Assembly (NCBI RefSeq): GCF_001194135.2
Contig: NC_068995.1
Location: 17,196,351-17,252,120 of the forward strand
Direction: 5' to 3'
DNA: 55,770 nucleotides
Source of the DNA: Octopus bimaculoides
Lineage: Eukaryota
In this document: positions 25,708 to 38,130 of the stretch, piece after piece
Layout of the letters: the number at the start of each line of letters is the position of its first letter
Position numbering within the stretch: position 1 is the first letter of the stretch
Notes under the pieces: generated by a model
Database searches by the model: none
What the model was told of the DNA's origin: nothing
The model's input: only the letters and a program-made list of their open reading frames with translations
Program-made: the position numbers and the translations under genes

Positions 25708-26130
25708 ATACACAAAATGGGACAAGAATGCAAAACATACAGACAGGTGATGGACGATACGAAGAAAACAAAGACGGGTCATTGAGATTTTTTCTTTCCT
25801 CAGTTGAATTCCAGATTATCTTTGCAATTTCGGCTGGTTAGATTCGAGATTGCTCCAATCTGGACAACCTCAAGGAAAAAAACTAAGCTAAGAGCATTAG
25901 TTTCCTTGGAAGAAAGCAGCGAATGTATGCAAAAACAAGGATGGAAAACAAAACTGAGAATGCTACACAAATATAAATGACAGGACATAACAACATATGT
26001 CTTTCGATTAAGGACGAATTAAATTAAGCTGGCGTTTGTGGAAATAAAGTCTTACGGCAGGGATATGAGATTTCACAGGCACAAGGAGGAATATAGATGT
26101 TGCGTGGACGACGGCCGAACAAAGAAAGAA
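25708..26130 (+). mobile_element. RTE-like LINE 3' end (decayed)
   Basis: WTIRRKQRRVI, EIAPIWTTSRKK (cf. IALTWTP.GKRKRGRP) and IKDELN resemble the RTE C-terminus. Confidence 0.5.
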
Positions 26131-26749
26131 AGTTCAGGCTTGGCCGAACACCGGTCGCGTGGGGGAGAGAAGAGAGAAAGGTAGAGACAGGTGGACAGAA
26201 GAATTAAGGAGGGACGAGAAAAAACGACAGGGACACAGTGAAGTGAAAAGAGGAGGGAAAGTAAGCAAGAAGAGAAGGCAGGGAAATCGGAGAGAGGTGG
26301 AACAAAAGAACGAAGAGTGGAATGAACGAATAAGCGTGAAAGGGCTGATAGAAAGAAAGAATAAAATCGTACAAGATTTAGATAAATATATACTTACATA
26401 TAAGAGACCGAAGTGTACTACNNNNNNNNNNNNNNNNNNNNNNNNNNNNNNNNNNNNNNNNNNNNNNNNNNNNNNNNNNNNNNNNNNNNNNNNNNNNNNN
26501 NNNNNNNNNNNNNNNNNNNNNNNNNNNNNNNNNNNNNNNNNNNNNNNNNNNNNNNNNNNNNNNNNNNNNNNNNNNNNNNNNNNNNNNNNNNNNNNNNNNN
26601 NNNNNNNNNNNNNNNNNNNNNNNNNNNNNNNNNNNNNNNNNNNNNNNNNNNNNNNNNNNNNNNNNNNNNNNNNNNNNNNNNNNNNNNNNNNNNNNNNNNN
26701 NNNNNNNNNNNNNNNNNNNNNNNNNNNNNNNNNNNNNNNNNNNNNNNNN

Positions 26750-26922
26750 TATACATATATAAACACGACGGGCTTTTTTTGTTTCCGTCTAACAAGTCTA
26801 CTCACAAAGCTTTGGTCGGCCCGAGGCTACAGTAGAAGACACTTGCCCAAGGTGCCACGCAGTGAGACTGAACCCAGAACCATGTGGTTAGTATGCAAGC
26901 TACTTACCACACACCCACTCCT
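26750..26922 (-). mobile_element. SINE family A, 5' half (remainder probably in the N gap)
   Basis: Near-identical to 6455-6610. Confidence 0.88.
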
Positions 26923-27773
26923 AGAAGAAAGAACGATAGGACGAGTTAGTGATAGTTATTTTGAATGCCATCTTAAAGGGGAAGGTAATGGAAAAGCTAT
27001 TGGAATACGTATTAGAAATTCGGGGTGGAAGATAAGTCCAGCGAATAAGAGAAAGTGCACATTGCAACTTAGCCTATTTATACTGTTATTTTAGGATATG
27101 ATTAAATATATAGATGAACGCCAGAATTTACACCTAAAAATTTTAATAAAGGGATACTTTAAGATACAAGAGAAATATTAAAGACTTTTCATAAATGTAG
27201 TGTATATAATATCCTAGTAAAGTATTATCTGATGAATGTATAACATAAATATTTATAATATAGATTCTTAGAGTATGCAATTAAACTGGTATTAAACTCA
27301 TTCATGTCAAATTCGAGTGGGTGAAGAGAGGATATAGTAAGAAGTAAGATCTAACATATATGGTACTAAATTAGAGGTATTAAATATATAAAGGAGTACA
27401 TCCAGTAACAAGATTTAAGTAATTTTAGTCTTATAATCTCATAATGAATATCTTATATAACTAAATAATATAAAATAGAATGAGATTACAGTATACAGTG
27501 AATTTTACGAATTCTAATTCTACTAGATTCGACACAACATTGACTATTTTTCTAAGCTCATTCTGTCAAAGATATAACAACAGAATCAACGTAAATTTCA
27601 GAGCTCCGTTGGTGATACGAATATGTTAAAGCCATTGGTTTGTCTCGTGTATGTGAGGTCTATGTAGTCATCTGACAAAAAAAAAAACGGTTTCTTTGTA
27701 ATGATGTAATGTTTTCATTAATCAATTAAACGGCCGTAATGAACTGACGCCTATACATCTTTGTTACTCATTA

Positions 27774-27779
<6 letters not shown>

Positions 27780-27868
<89 letters not shown>
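27780..27868. repeat. (TA)n microsatellite
   Basis: Directly visible. Confidence 0.97.
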
Positions 27869-27869
<1 letters not shown>

Positions 27870-28239
27870 TTATGTATGTACACACATACACAAACATTCA
27901 CACATAATTATATATTCGAATGCGTATATAAAAATTACCTAGTATATTACCAGTATACGTTCGTTCGTTCACTCGTTTTCTATTCGTTTTTGCAAACGTA
28001 TTATCATTGCAACTGCGAAAATAACTGTCTTGAACAGAAAATCTACCCCCAACAATCACGGATTTAACAACTGACCTATGGTAATTGGCACAAAACGTTT
28101 TTTTTTTTTTTTAATACAGTCGTTTAAAGTACAGTCTTAGAAACCATATGAGGCGAAATAAGTATTTGGTAAATTCATAATGTTTACATATAATGTAAAT
28201 GTGACAATTTTAGGTAGAGAGCTACAAGCTTAACATTCT

Positions 28240-28648
28240 TTTATTCTTCTATCCTCTCACTTGTTTCAGGCATATCATTGCGGCCATGCTGGAGCAGTCC
28301 CTTGAAAGATGTTTAGTCAAATAAATAGACCGCTGAACTTATTTTTTAAAGTCAAGTAATTATCATATCGGTTTTATTTGTCGAACTGCTAATTTACGGA
28401 GAGGTAAACATACCAACGCACCAGCAAGCTGTGATGGGGGATAAACACAGACACAAAGACAAATACACAGATATATATACACACATATATGTATATATAA
28501 ATACATATACGATGGGCTTCTTTCAGTTTACGCCTTCCAAATCCACTCACAAAGCTATATTAGAAGAGACTTTCCCAGGGTACCATGCAGTGGGACTAAA
28601 CCTCGAATCATGTGGTTGGTAAGTAAGCTCCTTACCACACAGCCATGA
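28240..28648 (-). mobile_element. SINE family A, older copy
   Basis: CACTTGTTTCAG..TGCGGCCATGCTGGAGCA...AAATCCACTCACAAAGC...CTTACCACACAGCC match family A. Confidence 0.82.
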
Positions 28649-30026
28649 TAATTATTTCTCAGTGTATATGTTTCTATTTTTGGATTTGACGAAAATTCTT
28701 TAAAAAACATAGCTCTAAATAAAGACTGATTCAGTTGGTCGGCGGAGAAAAATTTTAAATGATTATACATTCTGAATGTCTGTCAGACATCTATAGAGAT
28801 TATTCTTGTGTGGAAAAAAAGCTAAGCTATTATAAAGCAAAATAATTATTACCAGTGCTGCATATTGCTTGGTGAACTTCTGCTTGGTATATTATCTGAA
28901 GAATTCTATTCTATATAATCCATTCTGCAATCAATTTTCATATGAAATTAAAACCTCTATAGAGGCAAGCTGTACCAGACCAATTTCTCTCTGTATGAAG
29001 AAGGCTTCAGAGTTGATCTATGTTTCATTAATGAGTCGAGCGAATTCCTTCTTGTGTGCGTTGTAACGATAAGATAAATTTGAGTCAATTATCTGACAAG
29101 TGCATCTCCTATATGCTGCCATTTTATGTCACTGTGTTCACGAATTCAAAATATTTGCGAACATAATCCATATCTAGAGAATGATAAAATTAGGAGTGTT
29201 CAATTTACCTACATCAATTCAATATGATAAAGGGAGAGGATTAAATGATTGATGTATTTGTCTGGCTAGTCAGACGTCATAGTTTCATATATCACTGCAA
29301 TTTTTTTTATCGCTAGCCGAGGAGGTCACATTTCTTCAGTTCATTGCTTTCAGGAAAGACACATTGTTTATCAACTTATCTGTTCTATCTGTTCAATACC
29401 TTTAAACTGGATGGCAGCAATGACACTGAAAAATCCAGGGGGCTTAGATAGAATTTCTATTTTTAATAAATCATGCCTCATTATATATTCAGGACGCATA
29501 TAGTTTGTACACTGGATATAAAGTAGTGAGCATCCAGTGAGTTGAACCAGCAATGTATGCTACTATGTCATCTAGTATATATAAATCGCAGTATATGTGT
29601 GTATAATGACTAAAGCATACATTTCTACAATTCCCAACTGATTTTCTCCAAACTTTTTACACACATATTAGTTATGTCCCAAGGATGGTCATGCACTATA
29701 ACATTTTGCCCAGACTTCCCGTGTAGTTGGACGTAAATGGACAGTGTTTTTTGTATGTAGTGTTTTCCATACTTCTTTAATCTTTTTATAAAGTGAAAAT
29801 ATTTTGTCTATAAGTTTACTTCGACTATCCACCTCCGCAGTGACCCAGTCAGAAAACAGGATTTGGAAGCTGTCATTTTTTTTCATGTAAGTAAATGTTT
29901 ATATTAATTTAAAAGATTTATCAAAAAATATCATATTTAGCTATTATTTTTAGCACGTTATTCTTATAATGTTATGTCTCCGGTAATTTTCTTTCATGTA
30001 AATAAATGTTTATGTCAATTTAAAAG

Positions 30027-30191
30027 TACATTATTCACATTATTTACATTTGAGGGATATTTGTCCTCATCTTGTTTGTTGTTGACACAACGTTTCGGCT
30101 GATATATCCTCCAGCTTTCATCAGATGTCTTGGGGAAATTTCGAACTTGGGTTCTCATTCCTATGGTATTTTTCGTTGTTGTTGTTGTTGA

Positions 30192-30279
<88 letters not shown>

Positions 30280-30302
30280 CTCACTGCATGGAATCGAACT
30301 CG
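30027..30302 (-). mobile_element. tRNA-headed SINE-like element (family C) with internal (AAT)n and a Penelope-type hammerhead-bearing 3' part
   Basis: Minus: CGAGTTCGATTCC (B-box, 5'-truncated head), then (AAT)n, then CTGATGA..CCGAAACGTT, then a repeated AATAATGT tail. Confidence 0.65.
30084..30129 (-). ncRNA. Minimal type I hammerhead ribozyme motif (PLE-type)
   Basis: GACAU-CUGAUGA-A-A-GCUG..CAGC-C-GAAA-CG-UU^GUGUC: helix I GACAU/GUGUC, helix II GCUG/CAGC, palindromic ACGU in place of helix III; base of helix II mismatched. Confidence 0.55.
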
Positions 30303-30309
30303 TAGTTTC

Positions 30310-31176
30310 CTCGCTCACTGGAAAGTCTTCTGCAGCGCTGGCAGGTTAAGGAAACTGGGGCCCATGGGTCCTGTAGACTGTCGTAAAAGCTGCCGATACG
30401 AGAGCTGCAACTACTCCAGAGCAGCGTGAAGCCTATCGAGTGCGTGCTGCTGATGCAAAGGTCGCAAAAATCCCACAAAATAGTGCTATCCGTCGGGCAC
30501 GCAACGCTGCATCCACTCCTGCCTCAATGGCCGAAGAAACCCCAGAAAAGAGTGCTATCGGGCACACAATCGGATATCCACTTCTACCACGAGGTTGGCA
30601 GATGACGATAGCCATCATGTCATGAGACTTCAGTCTAATGCTCACCGGAAGTCTCTTACCGATAGCTGTTGGAAGCTATCGAGTAGTCGATGAGCATCAA
30701 AGGCGCTCAACTATGATCCTGCCGAGAATTACGCCACTCATCGAGAGACAGTTATAGGGAATATGTCTGTAATATATCCCTTTTGCGGGGCCCTCAAGTG
30801 TGTTGGAGAATCCAGTGGCGTATGCTGCTCAAATGGAAAGGTTCGCTCGTCTGACCTGCAAAACACTCCTCAGCCTTTACTCTCTTTACTCCTTGGTCAA
30901 CACCTTGATTCGCAGCAATTTATACAGAAAATTCACGCTTATAACTCTGCCTACCTGATGACAAGTTCCGGGCACAAACCCATTCCTGAAGACTCCTATA
31001 TGCCAACATTCAGAAATCAGGGCCAGACCTATCGTCGAATCGGTTCTATTCTTCTTGTCAACAACGCTGATATACCACTGAGGAAAAGGCACGCTGAGAT
31101 CACCTGGCACCTGGAACAAGGCGAAAAGTACCACCAAAGCAGCGTAAACCGTCCAAAGGACGGGGGCGTTTGCTAG
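30310..31176 (+). mobile_element. Internally deleted Helitron (Rep N-terminal region plus 3' terminus)
   Basis: ORF 30763-31176 MSVIYPFCGALKCVGESSGVCCSNGKV..YNSAYLMTS..MPTFRNQGQTYRRIGSIL matches the Helitron Rep N-terminal Cys-rich region; upstream RAATTPEQREA repeat; hairpin CCGTCC-AAA-GGACGG (31149-31163) then CTAG (31173-31176) followed by T. Confidence 0.85.
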
Positions 31177-33164
31177 TTATATATAATTCACTTTCGCATT
31201 CAAAATCTCGTGATATAGGCCAGTATCAGGATCGAAAAGAAAGGCCAGAACGTTAATAGGAACAATGGAAATTCATTTGATAGAATCAAAGTGTTGAGTA
31301 ACTGCAATGGTACCGATATATTTATAGGTATTTAAGTAATTAGAGCGTAATAATTTAGTCCCTAAAATCGGAGGATAAGAAAAAGAAATATAATTATGTA
31401 AGGAAATAGAAAAAGAAACAAGAAGAAAAAAGGCAGCAGTAGAGAATTGAGAAAGGTCTAGAAATAGATTAGTCGTTAGTTACATAGTAATAGTATATAG
31501 TGAAGATTTCCACAAGTATACAACCAGTATTTTTACAATAGAAATGCTAGCTTTGTTGTCGAAATTTCCTTTCGTGATGAGGATGAGAGCATCCAAATGA
31601 TAAATAGCACATGAAACGAAAAAAAGTTTAAGTAATTCTGAAGGTCAATATCATTTGAAGCATTATATCTTTGCCTTAAACCCGATGCGCTCGTGTTTCC
31701 GATCAGAAATTTTTTTAGAGTGGCCCAAATGCAGTAGTTATGAATGAAGAATGGACTGTCCTCATGTCTTTCGATCATTTTCCACAACACCGATTGTCCT
31801 CTGTGTGAAGAAGGTATTTATGGTAGTTTTACCTGTGGTTAAAGCGATTTTCTACGAATGATAAAAGCGATTTTTGTTCACCTGTAATGGTAAGCTCACA
31901 TTGAGTGAGCTTACCATTACAAGACGTGCATGATTTTCTTCGGTCTAAGAAGTGCATGTTTTTCCACTGTCCATCTAAGAAGAGCATGATTTGCCACGGT
32001 CAACAACAATACAAATGAAATATAAAAGAGACAAAAGCTTAAGTGAGAACCGAAACCGAATCGAAGATTCAGTGCACCAAAAGCTTAAACTGCGTAATTT
32101 AAAAGCAAGTTTTAACAACAACAGTGGCAACAATAGAAATAAATAAATACATGAATGAACAATATTAATACTATTAATATTATTAACATAATTATGAGAA
32201 GACGCTGATGGTAGAGGAGGCAGAACGAACAAAAAGTGCAAGAAAAATAAGATGAAGAAATAAAAGAATACAGGAAGAAATGAGAAAATACGGTAACTAC
32301 AGCAATATTCTAAGAAACAATGCGGTGGAGTATGTCATGGCCTCGTCGTCGGATTTCTTCTGTTAATCACGTGAGCATCCAGTGAAAAGCTGGTTTATAT
32401 TACCGTAATGAGGCACTTGAGTGTCAGCCACAACTTTTAATAAAGACTTCCTTGGCCAACAATGTGACCAAGGAAATACAGAAGAAATAATACAAACAGA
32501 GAAAACAACATTATGCATAATAAAGTTGGGTAAACACATAAATATTGATTTACTCAAGCAGTGTAGTGGGAAGGTGGAGAAGAATGGAGAAGATGCGTGC
32601 TTATGTATGGTTTGCTGTATGTATGTGCTTTCCGAACATGTGTAAGTACATATACGAATACTACATTCACTCACACAAATACACAATTGTGCACACAGTC
32701 ATAACTGTGTGTATATTTGTTCTCTGTGTGTTTGAATATTTATTACAACATATGTACATGCTTGCATACTTATATGTATAAGTATAGTATTCATATATAT
32801 ATATATATATANNNNNNNNNNNNNNNNNNNNNNNNNNNNNNNNNNNNNNNNNNNNNNNNNNNNNNNNNNNNNNNNNNNNNNNNNNNNNNNNNNNNNNNNN
32901 NNNNNNNNNNNNNNNNNNNNNNNNNNNNNNNNNNNNNNNNNNNNNNNNNNNNNNNNNNNNNNNNNNNNNNNNNNNNNNNNNNNNNNNNNNNNNNNNNNNN
33001 NNNNNNNNNNNNNNNNNNNNNNNNNNNNNNNNNNNNNNNNNNNNNNNNNNNNNNNNNNNNNNNNNNNNNNNNNNNNNNNTATATATGTTCAGAAATTAAA
33101 GAAGAAAAATGCACACACTTTACATAGTTTTAATATAATTTTTAATATCTCGTATATTGTGTTT

Positions 33165-33195
33165 GTCGACCGGTTTCGCTTTCGCTAATTATGAC
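33165..33195 (-). ncRNA. Decayed minimal hammerhead motif in the Penelope 3' region
   Basis: GUC-[AUAAUUA]-GC-GAAA-GC-GAAA-CCGG-UC^GAC: hammerhead geometry kept, but the CUGANGA box is mutated. Confidence 0.4.
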
Positions 33196-33406
33196 CATTA
33201 ACATTTATTTAAATACGTATTTTATTTAGAAAAAATGGTTTGTTCATGTTGTGTGTGGAATTGATGAATGAATGATATAGCAAGTAGAAAAGTCTATGGA
33301 GAGGTAACTGGTTATCGTTATTATTGTGGGCAGGGGAAAGAATTTTTTATCTTTCGGTGAGATGGGTATACATACATACATACATACATGCATACATACA
33401 TACATA

Positions 33407-33484
<78 letters not shown>

Positions 33485-35141
33485 AATTCAAAAACTAGAG
33501 TAGTGAGGGAAATATGTACAGTAATGGGTATGTAATCGTGAATTAAAATATGTATAGAGATCAAAGTTGATTGTGCGTGCAAGTTTAGGCGTGTTCTGTA
33601 TTTTTCTATGAATAAATTTTCTTTAGTTAAACGTTCTTGTAAAGAAATTATATCCTTGCACGGGTAGAAGGGGAAAACTGAAATTTAGTTTGATGTTAGC
33701 TGCACATCTCTCAATATGTTCCCTTAAAGGAATCTGTCTGTATTGCGGGAACCGGATCTGCTCTTTATGTAGAGTGGATCTCTGTATCAATGTCATATTC
33801 GTCTGTCCTATATAGTGATGTCTACGACACGAGCATAAATTAGATTCTGAGAGGCACAAGTGAAGTTCGTTTTAATTGTGAACATCTCTCCCTGTTTAAA
33901 AAGGAAATCTGAGCCTTCAAATATGTTGGGGCATGTTCCACAGTTTGGGCGTCCACATTTTTAACCGTTTATTTCGTGGTTGTTGTGTAAAGCTTCGCAT
34001 TTGTTAAAAGTCTCTCTAACGATTTGTGTTGCATTTGATAAACGTATGTGCTTTCAGGATGTTGTTCATTTTTGGATTTCTAGTTAGTAAAGAAAGATTT
34101 TGCACAATAGTGTTGTATGTCCCATTGTTTTTAGGGCTGTGTGTTGATATATACAGAAGTGTTTTGAGATGAGGTGTGGTGTTATGTTTTGTCTAATTTA
34201 TGTCTAATTTCTCGGCAGCTTAATTCACTCGTCTATAAATGAGGGTGGATATTGTGTTTCAGCAAGATGAAGGTCCCGAGTAGTTCTACCAGACACTTTT
34301 GTGCAAATCCTATTTGCAACATTAAAGATGCTATCTATTTTGATGGTTTCGGGTGGCATGAGCTACAAAGGAGATATTGCTTCGAGTCCGTTGGTTTATG
34401 ATAGGTGTCAGTTATAATTTGGTTGTTGAATTTTTTTTATCATAGTATATAAAAATGGGAGCTGTTCTTTGCTATATTCCATTGTGAATTGAATGTTACT
34501 GTTTATATCATTTAGTGTTGATTTGAATTCCAAAAATTCATCAACGGTCTCCTTCCAAATAATAAAACAGTCATCCAGGTATCTTTTCCAGTTTTCTCTT
34601 ATGTAATGGTGAAATGGATAACCATATTTTTGCAGTAACACTTCATATAAGGTGAATTCAAAATAACCCATTATCAACTTCCCAAGAACGTGGGCTGCTT
34701 TCGTTCCCATCGCAATTCCGCATTTTTGACGATAGTATGTGTCACCAAATAGGAAATAATTGTTCTGAAGCGTAAAATTTAAAGATTCAATAATAAAGAC
34801 CTGTTTTATGTGTTCTGGAAGTACTTCGGGATATTTTTCTAACCAGAATTTGATTACTTTTATGCCATAGTCATGTGGGATGTTGTTGTATAGATAGGTA
34901 ACATCGAAGGAAACCAATAATGCCTCTTCATTAATTGATTTTGGTAGGTGCTCCAGGATGTCTAAATCGTCTCTAATGGAACTTTTGATATATTTCGTCA
35001 AGGGTTTCAGCAGGATGACCAGAAAATTGCTTAGGCGGTGGGCTTCACAGGCTTTGCCAGCTATAATGGGCCTTAACTTTAAGTCTTCTAGCGCTTGGAT
35101 ATTTATGTATTTGCCTGGTGATTGTTTGCAGGCTTCATTAA

Positions 35142-35531
35142 CTATCTTGCTCTTTTGTATTTTAGGTAGGCCGTAAAAAAGACTAGGTTTACATTTGAAG
35201 TTTGTGATGTAGTCTGATTTTATTTCTGTCAGGCCATTTNNNNNNNNNNNNNNNNNNNNNNNNNNNNNNNNNNNNNNNNNNNNNNNNNNNNNNNNNNNNN
35301 NNNNNNNNNNNNNNNNNNNNNNNNNNNNTTTCTGTCAGGCCATTATCTTGCTCTTTTGTATTTTAGGTAGGCCGTAAAAAAGACTAGGTTTACATTTGAA
35401 GTTTGTGATGTAGTCTGATTTTATTTCTGTCAGGCCATTATCTTGCTCTTTTGTATTTTAGGTAGGCCGTAAAAAAGACTAGGTTTACATTTGAAGTTTG
35501 TGATGTAGTCTGATTTTATTTCTGTCAGGCC
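35142..35531. repeat. Three copies of a 95-bp Penelope segment around an N gap
   Basis: Unit repeats at about 35142-35239, 35342-35436 and 35437-35531, with essentially identical sequence. Confidence 0.9.
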
Positions 35532-36199
35532 ATTTCCATGTAGAAGTATTAAAGACGCAAAATTTTTCATTGATTTTTGTTATTTATAGTTTACAACTTT
35601 TTCGTAGAAGACATCGCTTTCCAGCATGGATAATACTAGGTTTTTTGTAGTATTCTGTGTCCATCAGAATTACAGCACTTCCTTTGTCTGCTTTTCTAAT
35701 CGTCAGGTCTTTGTTGTTTTGTAGTTCAATTAGATTTTTCCATTCTAGATTGTTGGGCTTTGAATTAATTTTTTTGTTTACGGAAAGTATATGGGCAAAT
35801 TTGAATATGGTCGCAGAAATCATCTAGTATTTTATTCCTATCTTTAGGTGGAAGGTAATTACTTCGGTTTTTAACTAGTGACTCATCTTCGTTGTGGTTA
35901 TTTAGTGCCTCTTTGAGTCGTAGTTTTCTGCGGAATTCCAAAATATTGTTTTTAATTTCATTATGGTTAGCTCTTCGTGGGGTTGGATTAAACTTTAATA
36001 TTTTAGCTAGTATACGGACATGTGTTGCAGAGTTTTCTTTGATAAATTTATTACTTTGGGTTTCTCCTCTAAGTTTTGTTCCAACGTGTCCCTGTTTTTC
36101 TCCATTCGGTCTAAACAATATTTGCTGTTATTTGGGTGGTAGAAGTTATCAGTATTATTATTGTTATTAATTATTATATTGGGATTCCTGTGCAATCCT

Positions 36200-36760
36200 A
36201 AAAAGGCCTATCCACGACATCCTCCACCTTATGTGATACATCATAGAGAGGGCGAAACGAAAACTGGCTTGGTGGGGCCCTGATCCATTTGTACCACTCC
36301 AAGACATTCGATAGGGTCGAACATCGCTATCTTGAAACCGTCCTGAAAGCGGGCGGTTTGGGATCCGTTTTCAGAGGCTGGATCGCTGCAATGCACATTA
36401 GTACGTGGTCAAACTTAAGGTCACCTATCGAAACCGTTTCCCATTGCATGCTTGGTCCGTCAGGGCTGCCCGTTGTCGCCTGACCTGTCCGTGCCGGCTT
36501 TCGAGTCATTGCTGCAGAAGATGGAACAGTTAAGAGGCATCCCGTTTGAATTGGGATACGGAAGGGCAGTGTCGGATTACACAGACGACGCCACAGTCAT
36601 TGTGTCTGACGCTAACCATGTGGGGTCAGTCGGCAGAATTCTAATAAAATACAAATCGGTTGTAGGCACCAAAATTTACATCGACAAGTCATTGAGTTTG
36701 CGGCTGGGTCCCTGGAGAGGCACATCAATACCGTCCGAAGGCGTCATGGGATGTTGAACT
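36200..36760 (+). mobile_element. Tx1/L1-like LINE RT fragment
   Basis: SKTFDRVEHRYL, VRQGCPLSP, AVSDYTDDATVIVS: LINE RT motifs in order with frameshifts. Confidence 0.85.
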
Positions 36761-36784
36761 GATAGACCGGATAAATAAGGGTTC

Positions 36785-36950
36785 ACATTTTGACACAAGA
36801 CCAGCAATTTCGGAGTAGGGTGTAAGTCGATTTCATCGACTGGTACTTGTTTTATCGATCTCGAAAAATGAAAGGTAAACTCGAATTTGAACTCAGAACG
36901 TAGAGACGGACGAAATGCTGCTAAGAATTTTGCCCGGTGTGCTAACTTTT
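36785..36950 (-). mobile_element. tRNA-derived SINE family D (partial)
   Basis: Reverse complement resembles 51302-51722 (GTTAGCACACCGGGCAAAAT..GTTCTGAGTTCAAATTC..GATAAAACAAGTACCAG). Confidence 0.7.
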
Positions 36951-36951
36951 G

Positions 36952-37320
<369 letters not shown>

Positions 37321-37904
37321 ATACGAAAATAAAAATAGTTTTAAAATTTTACCTTTTATTCTTCCGTCAGGTTTGATCATTTGAACAGCAATAACTGAGT
37401 ATCACACAAATTGTGGAAGGGCATTTACAGCGTAAGTTAAATGATGTGCACCACCATTATAGTTGAAAATGTAAAATTCCTACAAAATCTCAACCTCGCA
37501 TAAAAACATATACGAAAAATTCTTGCTTAGAGATATGGCCACGATATGTTTAGCCGTTGAAACTTTGTTTCACACATTAGTATCGTTCTTCATTTTTTTT
37601 TTCTACCTCTGACAATTGAAGTATTTCATATATGAAGTTTCTTTGCAAAACTGATTTTACTGCTATAATCCTTTTGTTATCTTAGATTACATTAAAGGGT
37701 TGTAGAGTGTTTACTGTTGAATACATTTTGTTACGAATTTATATGTAACACAAATGCGTAAAGTATTTGTTAAACAGAAACATATGTTGCATTTATAGGT
37801 TAACATGCACTTCTGATGACACTAAATTCACTTCATGATAGCAGTATTCGCCTTAATGAAAGAGATTACTGTATCTCTTAGATCACTTAGAAAAGCAACA
37901 AAAT

Positions 37905-38130
37905 CCCACCCTAAATTGCAGTCTTCCGTGTTTCGTAAAGAAGTATGGAATAGACAAAGCAGGTCTATGTACAATGCGACTGAATAAAATGTGGAATGGC
38001 TGATTTCTTTTTTCTCATCGGTCTGCTTACTAACAAAGCTGGATCAACGATATCGTTTCCTATTTATTCAACAGGTTTATAAAAGTGGAAGCTGTGTGTC
38101 TCTATGGCATGTTTGTTTGAAGTAAAAGTA
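37905..38130 (+). mobile_element. Possible RTE fragment
   Basis: GIDKAGLCTMRLNKMWNG and FIKVEAVCLYG resemble RI.KAW....LNKIWKS and VESVLLYG. Confidence 0.42.

Larger units (their letters stand above)
33130..36200 (-). mobile_element. Penelope-like retroelement (RT + GIY-YIG endonuclease), disrupted
   Basis: ORF 34408-35001: LVSFDVTYLYNNIP, YRQKCGIAMGT, WKRYLDDCFIIW; ORF 33623-33859: C-C..HYIGQT..QR..LH; N-terminal pieces 35584-36195; frameshifts, gap and microsatellites. Confidence 0.92.

Noticed and set aside
35142-35531. 95-bp triplication inside Penelope as a biological tandem duplication
   Set aside because: The copies are essentially identical and straddle an N gap; most likely a gap-filling or overlap artefact.
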